This document shows, one piece after another, positions 13,106 to 23,090 of a stretch of 64,000 nt of DNA. The translations under genes and the position numbers were made by a program. Positions within the stretch are counted from its first letter, which is position 1, and each line of letters begins with the position of its first letter. Source of the stretch: Limnochordia bacterium (GTDB lineage: Bacteria; Bacillota; Limnochordia; DTU080); NCBI GenBank assembly GCA_050951545.1, contig JBMNJG010000012.1, forward strand, positions 320,001 through 384,000, given 5' to 3'. The notes below the pieces were generated by a model, which was not told the origin of the DNA, searched no databases, and saw only the letters and a list, made by a program, of their open reading frames with translations.

Positions 13106-14323
13106 TCACTCTGCCTTAGTCTCCGTCTTGGCCATTGACTCCAGCACGTCTTCGAAGGTCGACAATGCTTCGTTCATCTGTGCTGTCGTGACATTTAGTG
13201 GTGGCAGAAGCCTCACGACTTGGGGCCCGGCAGTGATCAGCAGGAGCCCACGCTTCATGGCCTCTGAAACAAAGGATGCAGCGGGAACCTGCAGCTCAAC
13301 ACCGATCAAGCACCCGGCTCCGCGCACTTCTCCAATGAGCTTTGGATAGCGCTCAGCCATCAGACGGAGGGCATTCTGCAGATACTCACCAGCTGCAGCT
13401 GCCGCTGCCACCAGCTGCTCGTCTTCGATAGCCTGCATGGCTGCCAACGCGACGCGCGTGATGAAGGGACCGCCTCCAAAGGTCGAGGCATGGGTGCCGG
13501 GCTCGAATCCCTGGGCTACGCGATCGCTGGCCAGTGTACAACCTATCGGAAGTCCTCCGCCTAAGGCTTTGGCCATCGTGACGATGTCAGGCTTGACCCC
13601 ATAGTGTTCAGATGCGAACCACTTGCCCGTACGCCCCAATCCCGTCTGCACCTCGTCAAAGATCAGTGGAATGCCCGCTTCGTCGCACAGCTGCCGAGCC
13701 TGCTGCATGAACTCTATCGTACAAGGACGCACGCCGCCCTCGCCCTGTATAGGCTCTAACATGACAGCGGCAGAAGACGCACTGACCGCTCCCCGCAGTG
13801 CAGAACAATCGTTGAGCGGAATGTAGCGAAAGCCGGGTAGCAGTGGCTCAAAACCTTTCTGATACTTCGTTTGGCCAGTGGCAGTTACTGTGCCCAGCGT
13901 CCGTCCATGGAAGCTGTTCTCTGCCGTGATCACCTCAAAGCGGTCTGGGCTCACGAACAGCTTCACATAGCGCCGAGCCAGCTTGATAGCGGCCTCATTG
14001 GCCTCTGCTCCGCTATTACAGAAAAACGCCTTACCTAAGCCAGCTTTCTCCGTCAGAAAGGCTGCCAGTTGCGCTTGTGGCTCTATGTGGTACAGATTTG
14101 AGCAGTGCAGAATCTGGCTGGCTGCTTCGTGGATCGCTTCCACCACCTTCGGATGGCAGTGCCCCAACGAGTTTACAGCGATTCCACTCACAAAGTCTAG
14201 GTATTTTCTGCCGTCAGCATCCCACACCCAGCTACCTGCCCCTCGCACCAAAGCCAGTGGCAGACGGCCGTAGTTCCGCATGAGATGTGCCGAACTCATC
14301 TCGATGATCTCGCGCGTGTTCAC
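13106..14323 (-). CDS. argD: acetylornithine aminotransferase
   Basis: [46 protein letters not shown]. Confidence 0.96.
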   Translation of the reverse strand: MNTREIIEMSSAHLMRNYGRLPLALVRGAGSWVWDADGRKYLDFVSGIAVNSLGHCHPKVVEAIHEAASQILHCSNLYHIEPQAQLAAFLTEKAGLGKAFFCNSGAEANEAAIKLARRYVKLFVSPDRFEVITAENSFHGRTLGTVTATGQTKYQKGFEPLLPGFRYIPLNDCSALRGAVSASSAAVMLEPIQGEGGVRPCTIEFMQQARQLCDEAGIPLIFDEVQTGLGRTGKWFASEHYGVKPDIVTMAKALGGGLPIGCTLASDRVAQGFEPGTHASTFGGGPFITRVALAAMQAIEDEQLVAAAAAAGEYLQNALRLMAERYPKLIGEVRGAGCLIGVELQVPAASFVSEAMKRGLLLITAGPQVVRLLPPLNVTTAQMNEALSTFEDVLESMAKTETKAE

Positions 14324-14350
14324 ATTGCTACCTCCAAGGCTCGCAAGCCT

Positions 14351-15217
14351 CTAGTTGATGACCATTGTGCCTATGCCTCGATCAGTAAATATCTCAAGCA
14401 AGAGTGAGTGCAGACCCCGACCGTCGATGATGTGCGTACGTGTCACACCGCTTTCCAGAGCCCGGATACAAGCTTCGACCTTGGGAATCATCCCGCCGGC
14501 GATGTGCCCTGTACTTATCATCTGCCTGGCCCGTTCCACTTTGAGCGCAGAGATGAGGGTGCTCGGGTCTTGTGGGTCGTCGGCTATGCCCTCTACGTCG
14601 GTGAGCATAATCAGCTTATCGGCTTTCAGAGCCGCAGCCAGTTCTCCGGCCACGGTGTCAGCATTGATGTTGTAGCTTTCTCCCTCGTAGCCAACGCCGA
14701 TAGGGGCGATAACCGGGATGTAGCCTTCATGGCTCAGTAGGTGGATCATCTCTGGGTTAACCTTCTCGACTTCTCCCACAAAACCGAGGTCTGTCTTAGA
14801 GGTCTCGCGCAGATACTTGCGGGCGATGATCAAGTTGCTGTCTTTGCCAGAAAGCCCTACGGCCTTTCCGCCGTAGAGGTTGATCATGCTCACGATCTCC
14901 TGGTTGATCTTTCCTACTAGTACCATCTGAGCAATATCCATCATGTCCGCATCGGTTACACGTAGCCCATCGACAAACTCAGATGTCTTTCCGAGTTGCT
15001 TAGCCATCTTGTTGATTTCCGGGCCGCCACCATGCACTAACACTGGCTTGACCCCAACGTATCTAAGCAGTATTACATCGAGGGTTACTGCCTTCTTTAG
15101 CTCTGGGTCAACCATGGCGTTGCCGCCATACTTGATCACAAAAGTTTTGCCGAAAAACGTACGGATATAGGGGAGTGCCTCAATGAGTACGCTTGCCTTC
15201 TCAACTAGACCGTTCAC
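14351..15217 (-). CDS. argB: acetylglutamate kinase
   Basis: EALPYI, VIKYGGNAM, VHGGGPEI, YNINADT, GGMIPKV; GTG 15217 with RBS AAGGAGG. Confidence 0.97.
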   Translation of the reverse strand: MNGLVEKASVLIEALPYIRTFFGKTFVIKYGGNAMVDPELKKAVTLDVILLRYVGVKPVLVHGGGPEINKMAKQLGKTSEFVDGLRVTDADMMDIAQMVLVGKINQEIVSMINLYGGKAVGLSGKDSNLIIARKYLRETSKTDLGFVGEVEKVNPEMIHLLSHEGYIPVIAPIGVGYEGESYNINADTVAGELAAALKADKLIMLTDVEGIADDPQDPSTLISALKVERARQMISTGHIAGGMIPKVEACIRALESGVTRTHIIDGRGLHSLLLEIFTDRGIGTMVIN

Positions 15218-15278
15218 CGCACCGCCTCCTTGATAAGCCCTGCTATGCTCCTTAACGACATACGCCATATTATCTGCA

Positions 15279-16517
15279 TTACGAACGATAGCTGGCGTTG
15301 ATCTTCACATAATCGCCCGTGAGATCGCAAGTCCAGGCAGTGGACTCCGCGTCTCCGCTATGGAAGTCGAGTGTGATGACTACAGCTTCTTTGCCCAACA
15401 CAGCCTTGGCAGCTTCCTCGTCAAAAGGCCGCGCCATGCCCTGAGCGGCTACTTGCACATCGCCCAAGAAGATATCGACTTGCGTTGGTGCAAACTCTGC
15501 GCCCGAGTAACCAGCCGCACAGAAAATGCGGCCCCAGTTGGCGTCTTGTCCATAGATCGCGGTTTTCACCAGGTTGGAGGTGCTGATAGACCTCGCGATT
15601 TTGCGGGCGTCAGTTTCCGTGCGCGCACCCTTGACATGGATCTCGATCAGTTTAGTGGCGCCTTCGCCGTCCCTAGCGATCATCTTGGTTAATTCCACAC
15701 AGACATGGGTCAAACCCTCTTCGAAAACGGCAAGATCCGCCTCTGATGTGACAGAAACACCTGAGGTTCCGTTGGCCAGAGCAACAACCATGTCATTCGT
15801 GCTGGTGTCTCCGTCCACAGACAGCATGTTGAAGCTCTTGTCAGCAGCGCGGCGCAACAGTGTTTGCAGAGCTTCATGACCCAGCTCCGCATCGGTGGTG
15901 ATGTAGGTCAGCATGGTCGCCATGTTAGGATGGATCATGCCCGAACCCTTAGCCATCCCGCCGATGTACACGCTGCCCCCACCAAGCCTTAGCTTCAGGG
16001 CGATTTCCTTGGGATTGGTATCAGTTGTCAAGATGGCCAAGGCGGCTTCGGCTCCACCATCGACAGAAAGAGCCTCTGCAGCCATCTCGATTCCTGTTTC
16101 TACCTTATCCATGTCGAGCGGCTGGCCGATGACCCCCGTGCTGCCAACAACCACCTGTTCAGGCAGGAGGTTGCAGAACTTGGCCGCGACATGGGCCATA
16201 CGGGTCGCATCGGCGATGCCCTGGGGGCCGTTGCATGTGTTAGCGTTGCCGCTGTTGACCACCACTGCTTGGGCGACCCCGTTTTTCACTACTTCCTGAG
16301 TCCACACCAGGGGGGCTCCTTTGACCAGGTTGGTTGTAAACAAACCAGCACACGTGGCTGGCGCGGCGCTGACGATGAGCGCCATATCGTGCTTAGACCT
16401 CTTCAGCCCACAATGTACCCCTGCTGCTCGATAGCCTCGTGGTGTAGTCACTCCTCCAGTCGGTATCACTTCATGGACTCCAGTCGTTGCCACGTTGTCT
16501 ACCCCGCTTTCTTCCAT
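15279..16517 (-). CDS. argJ: bifunctional ornithine acetyltransferase/N-acetylglutamate synthase
   Basis: NSGNANTC, KGSGMIHPNMATML, DGDTSTND, DGEGATK, NWGRI, TCDLT. Confidence 0.97.
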   Translation of the reverse strand: MEESGVDNVATTGVHEVIPTGGVTTPRGYRAAGVHCGLKRSKHDMALIVSAAPATCAGLFTTNLVKGAPLVWTQEVVKNGVAQAVVVNSGNANTCNGPQGIADATRMAHVAAKFCNLLPEQVVVGSTGVIGQPLDMDKVETGIEMAAEALSVDGGAEAALAILTTDTNPKEIALKLRLGGGSVYIGGMAKGSGMIHPNMATMLTYITTDAELGHEALQTLLRRAADKSFNMLSVDGDTSTNDMVVALANGTSGVSVTSEADLAVFEEGLTHVCVELTKMIARDGEGATKLIEIHVKGARTETDARKIARSISTSNLVKTAIYGQDANWGRIFCAAGYSGAEFAPTQVDIFLGDVQVAAQGMARPFDEEAAKAVLGKEAVVITLDFHSGDAESTAWTCDLTGDYVKINASYRS

Positions 16518-16530
16518 ATCCGCACCTGCT

Positions 16531-17577
16531 CTAAGGCATGAGACCTGGCGATGACAGGCCTGTGGTCTCGGGTAAACCAAAGAGCACGTTCATATTCTGC
16601 ACTGCCTGCCCGGCAGCGCCTTTGACAAGATTGTCAATGACAGCTTGGGCCAGTACGCGACCAGTACGAGCGTCACAACGTACCGAGACGTGGCTGTAGT
16701 TGCTGCCCCACACTGCCTTAGTCTGTGGCAAGCGGTCTGGGCCCAGAACAACTACGAATGGTTCGTTCTGATAGAACGCCTCATAGAGACGTGTGAGCGA
16801 ATCGTTCGTCCAGTTGTCACCGCGTAGAGTGCAGACAGCGGTCGTCAGGATGCCTCGACTCATAGGCACCAAATGCGGAGTGAAGCTGATGCGTACGTCT
16901 TTGTCGCCTGTAAGCATGGCCAGTCCTTGCTCAATTTCCGGCGTATGGCGATGTGTCGCCGTACCGTAGGCTTGTACATTCTCGGTACAGTCCGGGAAAT
17001 GGTTCATGGGTTTGGGCGTGGCCCCAGCACCCGAAACACCTGACACCGAATTGATGACGATACTCGACGTGTCGATGGCCCCTTGGCGGGCCAGTGGGGC
17101 CAGTGCCAGTAGTGCACTGGTGGGATAGCAGCCTGGGTTGGCTACGAGCCTAGCATCTGCGATAGGCTCCCGAAAAAGCTCAGGTAATCCATATACCGCT
17201 TCTGCGTTGAGCTTGGGCTGAGTATGAGGAAGCTTGTACCACTGTTCATACACCGCCAGGTCGCGAAAGCGAAAGTCAGTCCCCAAGTCAATGAGCTTCT
17301 TCCCTGCCGCAAGAGTAATCGCAGCTGGCTCCATAGCCGCTCCATGAGGTACGGCGGTGAAGACCACATCGCAACGCTCTGCCATGTCCGCAAGGTCCAG
17401 AGGTTCGTAGCTCCATTGGGCCCAGCCCGCCAAAGACGGCTGGTGCATGGCTACCGTCTGTCCACCCAAGGTGCGCGAGGCAAGGCATTCCAGTGTCACA
17501 TGGGGGTGTTCACCCAGAAGACGTATTAGCTCATTGCCCGTGTATCCTGAGGCTCCCACGATACCAACCTTAATCAC
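16531..17577 (-). CDS. argC: N-acetyl-gamma-glutamyl-phosphate reductase
   Basis: IVGASGYTG, ANPGCYPT, SGVSGAG, HRHTPEIEQ, DNLVKGAAGQAVQNMN; GTG 17577. Confidence 0.97.
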   Translation of the reverse strand: MIKVGIVGASGYTGNELIRLLGEHPHVTLECLASRTLGGQTVAMHQPSLAGWAQWSYEPLDLADMAERCDVVFTAVPHGAAMEPAAITLAAGKKLIDLGTDFRFRDLAVYEQWYKLPHTQPKLNAEAVYGLPELFREPIADARLVANPGCYPTSALLALAPLARQGAIDTSSIVINSVSGVSGAGATPKPMNHFPDCTENVQAYGTATHRHTPEIEQGLAMLTGDKDVRISFTPHLVPMSRGILTTAVCTLRGDNWTNDSLTRLYEAFYQNEPFVVVLGPDRLPQTKAVWGSNYSHVSVRCDARTGRVLAQAVIDNLVKGAAGQAVQNMNVLFGLPETTGLSSPGLMP

Positions 17578-17654
17578 AAATTCGTCCCCCCCAATATACA
17601 TACAGCACCTGATCACCGAGAGAGCGTCAGGTGCTTGGACGCAAGCATGGAATG

Positions 17655-17684
17655 ATTATACTCCCATATGCATAACTATGCAAG
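17655..17684 (-). promoter_or_regulatory. arg operon promoter overlapped by an ARG box (ArgR/AhrC site)
   Basis: TTGCAT-17 bp-TATAAT on the minus strand; palindrome TGCATAACTATGCA (17669-17682) matches the ARG-box consensus. Confidence 0.85.
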
Positions 17685-17757
17685 GCGGAATCGCAAAACG
17701 TGATGCCGGGATTGTTCTGTTGTGCCAAGGCAAGCCTGTCACTGGACCTGGAAGGTA

Positions 17758-19020
17758 TCACCCAGCGGCCTGTGACTTGCCTTGCCAGCGTATCTCTGAC
17801 CCCAACTGCGCGAGGTGATCACACGGTGCGGGAAACCACGCCAGCAGCTCGTCCGCCTTCTCTATGCAACTGGTTCCATCAGCCATCAGGGCCGCGATGA
17901 TCAGGGCGGCTGCAGAGCCTGGATCTTGAGCTCGAACACGAGCGGCACCCAGTGGCGCTCCGCCTCGGATGACAGCGATCTGACCGTCACGTGTGATCTG
18001 GGCACCCATGCGTTCCAGTTCGTCAAGGTGGTGCAGACCGCTTTCGATAACGGTTTCAGAGATCACGCTGGTACCGTGGGAGCGCAACAACAAGCTGCAC
18101 ATGGCAGGCCTGAGCAACGAGGGGAAAGAGGGGTAGAAGCCTGTACGCAGGCTCACTGGCTTTGGTCGGCTACTGCCGCGTACTCGAATGCAGTCAGATG
18201 TCATCTCTACTTCCGCACCAGTTTCCTCTAGCTTTGCAGCGAGAGCCCGTAAGTGATCGCTGATCACGCCTTGCACGCAGACCTCGCCTCCAGTGGCCGC
18301 ACCCGCGATGAGGTAGAAGCCACCGGCGATGCGATCGGGGATCACCTCATGCACTCCGCCTGTCCAGGACGTTCCGCCCGCAATGGTGATCGCTTCGGTT
18401 CCGGCACCTACGATACGTGCACCCATGCGGTTAAGCAGGTTCACTGCATCCACCAACTCAGGTGCCCGTGAGGCACCGATGATCCGAGTGCGCCCGCGAG
18501 CTCTGGTGGCCGCTGTAATGGCAGTCCACGTTGCACCAAAATGAGGGATGTCGAGATATACCTCACCGCCTTGGAGCTGATGCGTTGCCACCCGTACTTG
18601 GCCAGCGTCCATCTCGATAGTCGCCCCGAGAGCTCGCAATATTTTACCATAGGGATCCAGTGGGCCCGATCCTACACAGGGTCTGGGCAGCGGCAGGCAG
18701 CATTCGCCTCTATGTGCTAATATTGGCCCCAGGAACAGAAGGGCTGACCACGGGAGATCGAGGGGCCCCTCCAACGAAGCCTGACAGGCACCGGGATGCA
18801 CTCTCCAGCCATCTTCTGTTTGCTCGACGGTACGGCCAAACTGCCGTAGCACATCTGCTTGGCGGGCGATGCTCCGCGTAAGCGGTAGACCCGACAACTG
18901 CACCTCATGCGTCGTGGCAGCACAGGCCGCGAGCAAAGCGAGACCCGCTCCACAACTGCCAGTTATGGCGAGTTCACCCCGCAACGTCGTCCCGCCGCAT
19001 ACGTGCAGAACACTAGACAT
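17758..19020 (-). CDS. MurA (UDP-GlcNAc enolpyruvyl transferase)-like protein with a degenerate active site
   Basis: EPSP/MurA fold motifs (PELVDAVNLLNRMGARIVGAGT, VIPDRI..G, LRTGFYPSFP), but the catalytic motifs are altered; ATG 19020. Confidence 0.8.
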   Translation of the reverse strand: MSSVLHVCGGTTLRGELAITGSCGAGLALLAACAATTHEVQLSGLPLTRSIARQADVLRQFGRTVEQTEDGWRVHPGACQASLEGPLDLPWSALLFLGPILAHRGECCLPLPRPCVGSGPLDPYGKILRALGATIEMDAGQVRVATHQLQGGEVYLDIPHFGATWTAITAATRARGRTRIIGASRAPELVDAVNLLNRMGARIVGAGTEAITIAGGTSWTGGVHEVIPDRIAGGFYLIAGAATGGEVCVQGVISDHLRALAAKLEETGAEVEMTSDCIRVRGSSRPKPVSLRTGFYPSFPSLLRPAMCSLLLRSHGTSVISETVIESGLHHLDELERMGAQITRDGQIAVIRGGAPLGAARVRAQDPGSAAALIIAALMADGTSCIEKADELLAWFPAPCDHLAQLGSEIRWQGKSQAAG

Positions 19021-19051
19021 GCCAGCTCCCCCCCCATTGTCACCACATAGC

Positions 19052-19651
19052 TCAGTTATGTCTTCTGGCCGCATAGACCCGGTAACCACTGGCCCGAGCC
19101 ACATCCTCTACGTTGCCGAAAATGCGCTCTGCATCTGTGGCGAGCCTCTTGGCTCCCTGCTGCGTACGGGCCACAAAGGCGAAGAGTCCGCCCTGACGCA
19201 ATCGTTGTCGGGCACCTTCAAATAATTCCAACAGAATCGGCCGGCCAGCACGGATCGGTGGGTTGGTTGTGATTAGGTCAAAGAAGAGATCGCGATCGGC
19301 TGGGAAGGCACCACTATGTACTACGACATTTGTGACGCTGTTTCGTGCGGCGTTCTCACGACTCAGCGCGACAGCACGTTCATTGACATCACTCATGTGT
19401 ACTGTACAGCTTGGACAGCGCGCCGCATAGAACAGGCCGATGGGCCCGTAACCACAGCCGATATCAAGAACATGACCTCCGCTGGGAGACGGTATGTGTG
19501 ACAGCAGCAACAGTGTCCCCGTGTCTATGGCATGGCGCGAAAACACTCCGGAATCTGAACTGAGAGCCAGACTCACGCCATGGAGTTCTAGCCTGAGCTC
19601 ATGCCGGCGATGCGCCGCCTTAGGCTGTTTGGAGTAGTAATGATCGTGCAC
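19052..19651 (-). CDS. class I SAM-dependent methyltransferase (RsmC/YbxB-like, MTS domain)
   Basis: DHYYS, SGVFSRHAIDTGT, VLDIGCGYGPIG, DVNERA, ITTNPPIRAG. Confidence 0.9.
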   Translation of the reverse strand: MHDHYYSKQPKAAHRRHELRLELHGVSLALSSDSGVFSRHAIDTGTLLLLSHIPSPSGGHVLDIGCGYGPIGLFYAARCPSCTVHMSDVNERAVALSRENAARNSVTNVVVHSGAFPADRDLFFDLITTNPPIRAGRPILLELFEGARQRLRQGGLFAFVARTQQGAKRLATDAERIFGNVEDVARASGYRVYAARRHN

Positions 19652-19669
19652 AATGAGACCTCCACGCGC

Positions 19670-20635
19670 TCAGCTGTCGCTGCCTACTGCCTTCTTCAGC
19701 CATCCTCGATCACCAGGGAACAAGAAAGTCACATCAAGAAGCCTGCACACATCCTCCAGGTCCCTTGCATTATGTGTAAGAATGGGAAGCAGCAGCTCGG
19801 GACGCTGGTCTTGCACATAACGGTAGTATAACTCCGGTACCAGGTGGCCAGGAATATCGTCTCCTCGATCCAAGCCAAACATGTGCTGTGTCACCGTGGG
19901 CAGTCGACAGTCACCAAAGGCATCGCGCAGCTGACGAGTTTCTTGGTAGATATCGTAATGCAACAAGAACGAGGGACGAGGCATGCCGTGGAAAGCCAGA
20001 CGGGCCCCAACGAACGGCTCATCAAATGCCCGGCCGTTGTAGCTGACGATAGCCGGACGGTCGGCCAAGAACGACGAAGCCAGATGCAGAACCCCTCCCT
20101 CCTCGTCGAAGTGACGAGCCACGAACTGCCTTCTGTACCAGCGTTGACCATTTGGCCAAGCCACGCCGATCAGGAAGACAGGCAAGGCCCTAGCCAGCCC
20201 AGCGGTTTCGATGTCTATTACGGCAATCTCATGGGGCCCGAAAAACGTGAGTAGCTCGCTATCACGAGCTCCAGCGAGGCGCAGACGTGCCACGTCACGA
20301 TTCTCTATATGCGCCACGACTTGTTTTGCTCTCGGTCCCCAGCGGGGATGGTCGCAGAGATCCCTGAGATCGTTGTATCCTTGTGTCCGCAGTTGAGATG
20401 CGATGACCGGACCAATACCATAGACGAGTTGCAGACGTTGCCACAGATGCGAACTGGGGCCGGGACTAGGCGGTCTGACAGCTGCGAAAGTGGGCAGATC
20501 GATTACGTAGGCAGAGCCAACCGAAGTGGTCACTTGACGACCATTGAGAAGGTCATGCTTGGGCTGCACAGGAGTCAAACCGCCCCACGCACTCCGCAAC
20601 GCCGCCCGGCTGCCCAGACGCCTATGTAGCGACAT
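19670..20635 (-). CDS. RNase H-like DEDD exonuclease (YprB/MrfB-like) with an N-terminal HhH-like motif
   Basis: DIETAGL, SYNGRAFD, HYD, DDIPG, HNARD; VYGIGP hairpin motif. Confidence 0.82.
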   Translation of the reverse strand: MSLHRRLGSRAALRSAWGGLTPVQPKHDLLNGRQVTTSVGSAYVIDLPTFAAVRPPSPGPSSHLWQRLQLVYGIGPVIASQLRTQGYNDLRDLCDHPRWGPRAKQVVAHIENRDVARLRLAGARDSELLTFFGPHEIAVIDIETAGLARALPVFLIGVAWPNGQRWYRRQFVARHFDEEGGVLHLASSFLADRPAIVSYNGRAFDEPFVGARLAFHGMPRPSFLLHYDIYQETRQLRDAFGDCRLPTVTQHMFGLDRGDDIPGHLVPELYYRYVQDQRPELLLPILTHNARDLEDVCRLLDVTFLFPGDRGWLKKAVGSDS

Positions 20636-20647
20636 GTGCACGCCTCC

Positions 20648-22036
20648 CTAGACGCCTCCTGGTAGCAGTGCGGCTATGCTAGGCACCACGAAATGGGGGT
20701 AAACCTTTTCTCGCTGTATGGACGCCTCGTCAGAGGCACCACTCAACACGAGTGCCGTTTCCATGCCCGCTTTCAGGCCCATGGCGATGTCGGTCTCTAC
20801 GCGATCACCGATCATCAAGCAGTCCTCGGGACGCACACCCACCCTCTTAAGGGCTGCCTCGGCGGTGAGCGGATGCGGCTTACCGACTACGATTTCCGGA
20901 GCGACTCCTGAGGCTCCGCTAATCGCTCCGATCATGGCTGCACAGTCAGGGATCTCACCTTCCTCAACAGGACAGGTGCGATCTGCGTTGGTAGCTACGA
21001 AGCGGGCCCCTCGCTTGATACATTGGTAGGCGTTGTTTAGCTTCGCGTAATCAAACGTACGATCGAAAGCGGCGACCACCACGTCTACACGATACTCTTC
21101 TTGTGCGGGATCCTCAAGCACGCGAAAGCCTGCCTCTGCCAGTTCCTGCCGGAGAGGAGCCTCGCCTACGCAGTAGATTGACGCTGATGGTAGTTCACTG
21201 GCTAGGTATCCAGCAAGCACTGCGGAGGAGTTGATGACATCGATTGGCTGAGTGGGGATCCCTAAGCGGGTCAGTTTCTCTGCATAGTCTACACGCGTGT
21301 TGATTGGTTTGTTAGACAAAAAGACTGTGCGCGCTGTTTCACGCAAGGCGGAGATTGTCGCTGCAGCTCCCGGAATAAGGGCTGGCCCCAGGTAGACTGT
21401 ACCGTCAAGATCAAAGATATAAGCGTCATAGGAGCGGTCAGGGGCTGTCATAGTGGGCTGGCGCTGTACACCCTCTTCGGTAACTAGACATAAGAGCCTA
21501 ACGTCTTGCTTAGCTCGCGGCACGCGGCTTACACGCTGACCAGCGAAGGCGATACCAGCTACAAACGCATCAGGGCGCAGCAGTGGCAGGAATCTATCGT
21601 AGTAGCCAGCCCCATAGCCCACGCGGTAGCCGAGGGCATCGAATGCCAAACCGGGTACAGCCACGACATCGATATCACCGGGATCAACGATAGGCGCAGC
21701 ACTGCTTGGCTCAAGTATGCCAAAGGATGAGCGCACAAGCTCACTGAGATCTGTGACCAGATGGGCGTTGATGACGCCTGCTGTTGAGTCGACCCTGGGC
21801 AAAGCAAGCTGCTTCCCTGAGGAAAACACATGCCCTAGTACAGTTTCTGTTGATACTTCGCTGCGAATCGCGGAATACAGCATGACCGTGTGTGCTTCTG
21901 CTACCTCGGACAGCTTAGCGAAGTGTCTCCAGATGGCGAGGCTCTTCGCCTGACGTTCTGCGGCTGATTGCGCGTCTCGCCAAGCGGCTATTTTTGCCCG
22001 TATCTGACGCTTGGCTTGTACTACATCAGCTGTCAA
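20648..22036 (-). CDS. fusion: 5-formyltetrahydrofolate cyclo-ligase + HAD-IIA (NagD-like) phosphatase
   Basis: N-terminal KRQIR..SEVST..FGILEP..VPGLAFDALGYRVGYGAGYYDRFL; C-terminal FDLDGTVY, LSN, ATNAD, VGKP, IGDRVETDI. Confidence 0.9.
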   Translation of the reverse strand: MTADVVQAKRQIRAKIAAWRDAQSAAERQAKSLAIWRHFAKLSEVAEAHTVMLYSAIRSEVSTETVLGHVFSSGKQLALPRVDSTAGVINAHLVTDLSELVRSSFGILEPSSAAPIVDPGDIDVVAVPGLAFDALGYRVGYGAGYYDRFLPLLRPDAFVAGIAFAGQRVSRVPRAKQDVRLLCLVTEEGVQRQPTMTAPDRSYDAYIFDLDGTVYLGPALIPGAAATISALRETARTVFLSNKPINTRVDYAEKLTRLGIPTQPIDVINSSAVLAGYLASELPSASIYCVGEAPLRQELAEAGFRVLEDPAQEEYRVDVVVAAFDRTFDYAKLNNAYQCIKRGARFVATNADRTCPVEEGEIPDCAAMIGAISGASGVAPEIVVGKPHPLTAEAALKRVGVRPEDCLMIGDRVETDIAMGLKAGMETALVLSGASDEASIQREKVYPHFVVPSIAALLPGGV

Positions 22037-22072
22037 TGCTGTCTCCTCCCCTCAAAGCCTTCTACGCTGCGG

Positions 22073-22094
22073 CATCGACATGAGCGCCCCTCAT
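22073..22094. repeat. repeat family B copy 1
   Basis: CATCGACATGAGCGCCCCTCAT, identical to 23064-23085. Confidence 0.8.
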
Positions 22095-22096
22095 TA

Positions 22097-22975
22097 TCAC
22101 AACTCGTGGCGGGCCGCCGACACGCGTACTTCTGTATCTAGAGCAGCAACCGCATTGTAGGAACTGCGCACAAAGGGCCCACTTGCCACATAGCGAAACC
22201 CTAGACCTTGCGCTGCTCGATGGTATTGCTCGAAAATCGCCGGGGGCACGTACTCTACGACAGGCGTATGGTGTCGCGATGGTTGCAGGTACTGTCCAAT
22301 CGTCACGAAGTCACAGTCGACGTTACGCAGATCCTCTAGTGTGGCGATTGTCTCTTCTTCGGTTTCTCCTAAGCCCACCATGATACTAGATTTCGTATAG
22401 ATCAAGGGCGCCAGGTGCTTCGCATGCGCAAGAATGGCCAAGGAGCGATCATAGCTAAAGCGAGGTCGCATCCGACTGTGAAGGCTGCGCACGGTCTCTA
22501 CGTTATGTCCGAGAATAGCAGGCTGTGCGGCTAGTACAACTGCAAGGCAGTCGATATCGCCCGAGAAGTCAGGAATCAAGACCTCCACAGTGGTCTTGGG
22601 ACAGGCCTGCTGTATCTCACGGATGGTTGCGGCGAAATGCTCAGCCCCACCATCGGCCACATCATCGCGGGTGACTGAGGTGATGACGACATGGGCAAGA
22701 GCCAGAGTTCGCACCGCCTGCGCTACACGAGACGGCTCCTGTGCATCGAGTGGCAGAGGCCGACCGGCAGGTACATCACAGAAACCGCAATTGCGGGTAC
22801 ATACATCCCCTAGGATGAGGAAAGTAGCCGTGGAGTTGGCCCAACACTCACCCAGATTGGGGCAGTTTCCACTTTCGCAGATGGTATGTAGCCCCAGACC
22901 GCCCAGCAGTTCGCGCATGCGCTTGAGAGCTTGAGCATCTGGAAGCGGCTTTACAAGCCAGTTCGGTTTGCGCAA
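22097..22975 (-). CDS. lipA: lipoyl synthase
   Basis: CESGNCPNLGEC, CTRNCGFC, VITSVTRDD, HNVETV, GQYLQP, GPFVRSSY. Confidence 0.97.
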   Translation of the reverse strand: MRKPNWLVKPLPDAQALKRMRELLGGLGLHTICESGNCPNLGECWANSTATFLILGDVCTRNCGFCDVPAGRPLPLDAQEPSRVAQAVRTLALAHVVITSVTRDDVADGGAEHFAATIREIQQACPKTTVEVLIPDFSGDIDCLAVVLAAQPAILGHNVETVRSLHSRMRPRFSYDRSLAILAHAKHLAPLIYTKSSIMVGLGETEEETIATLEDLRNVDCDFVTIGQYLQPSRHHTPVVEYVPPAIFEQYHRAAQGLGFRYVASGPFVRSSYNAVAALDTEVRVSAARHEL

Positions 22976-23063
22976 TGGGGGAACCTCCGTTCGTACGCAC
23001 AGGATTCGCTGTCATTGTGTGAATTACCTGCTCGTTCGTCTGCGAAATCCCTCTATCATGAGT

Positions 23064-23089
23064 CATCGACATGAGCGCCCCTCATGTCG
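23064..23089. repeat. repeat family B copy 2 (hairpin)
   Basis: CGACATGAG-CGCCC-CTCATGTCG, a perfect 9-bp stem; 22 bp identical to 22073-22094. Confidence 0.8.
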
Positions 23090-23090
23090 T

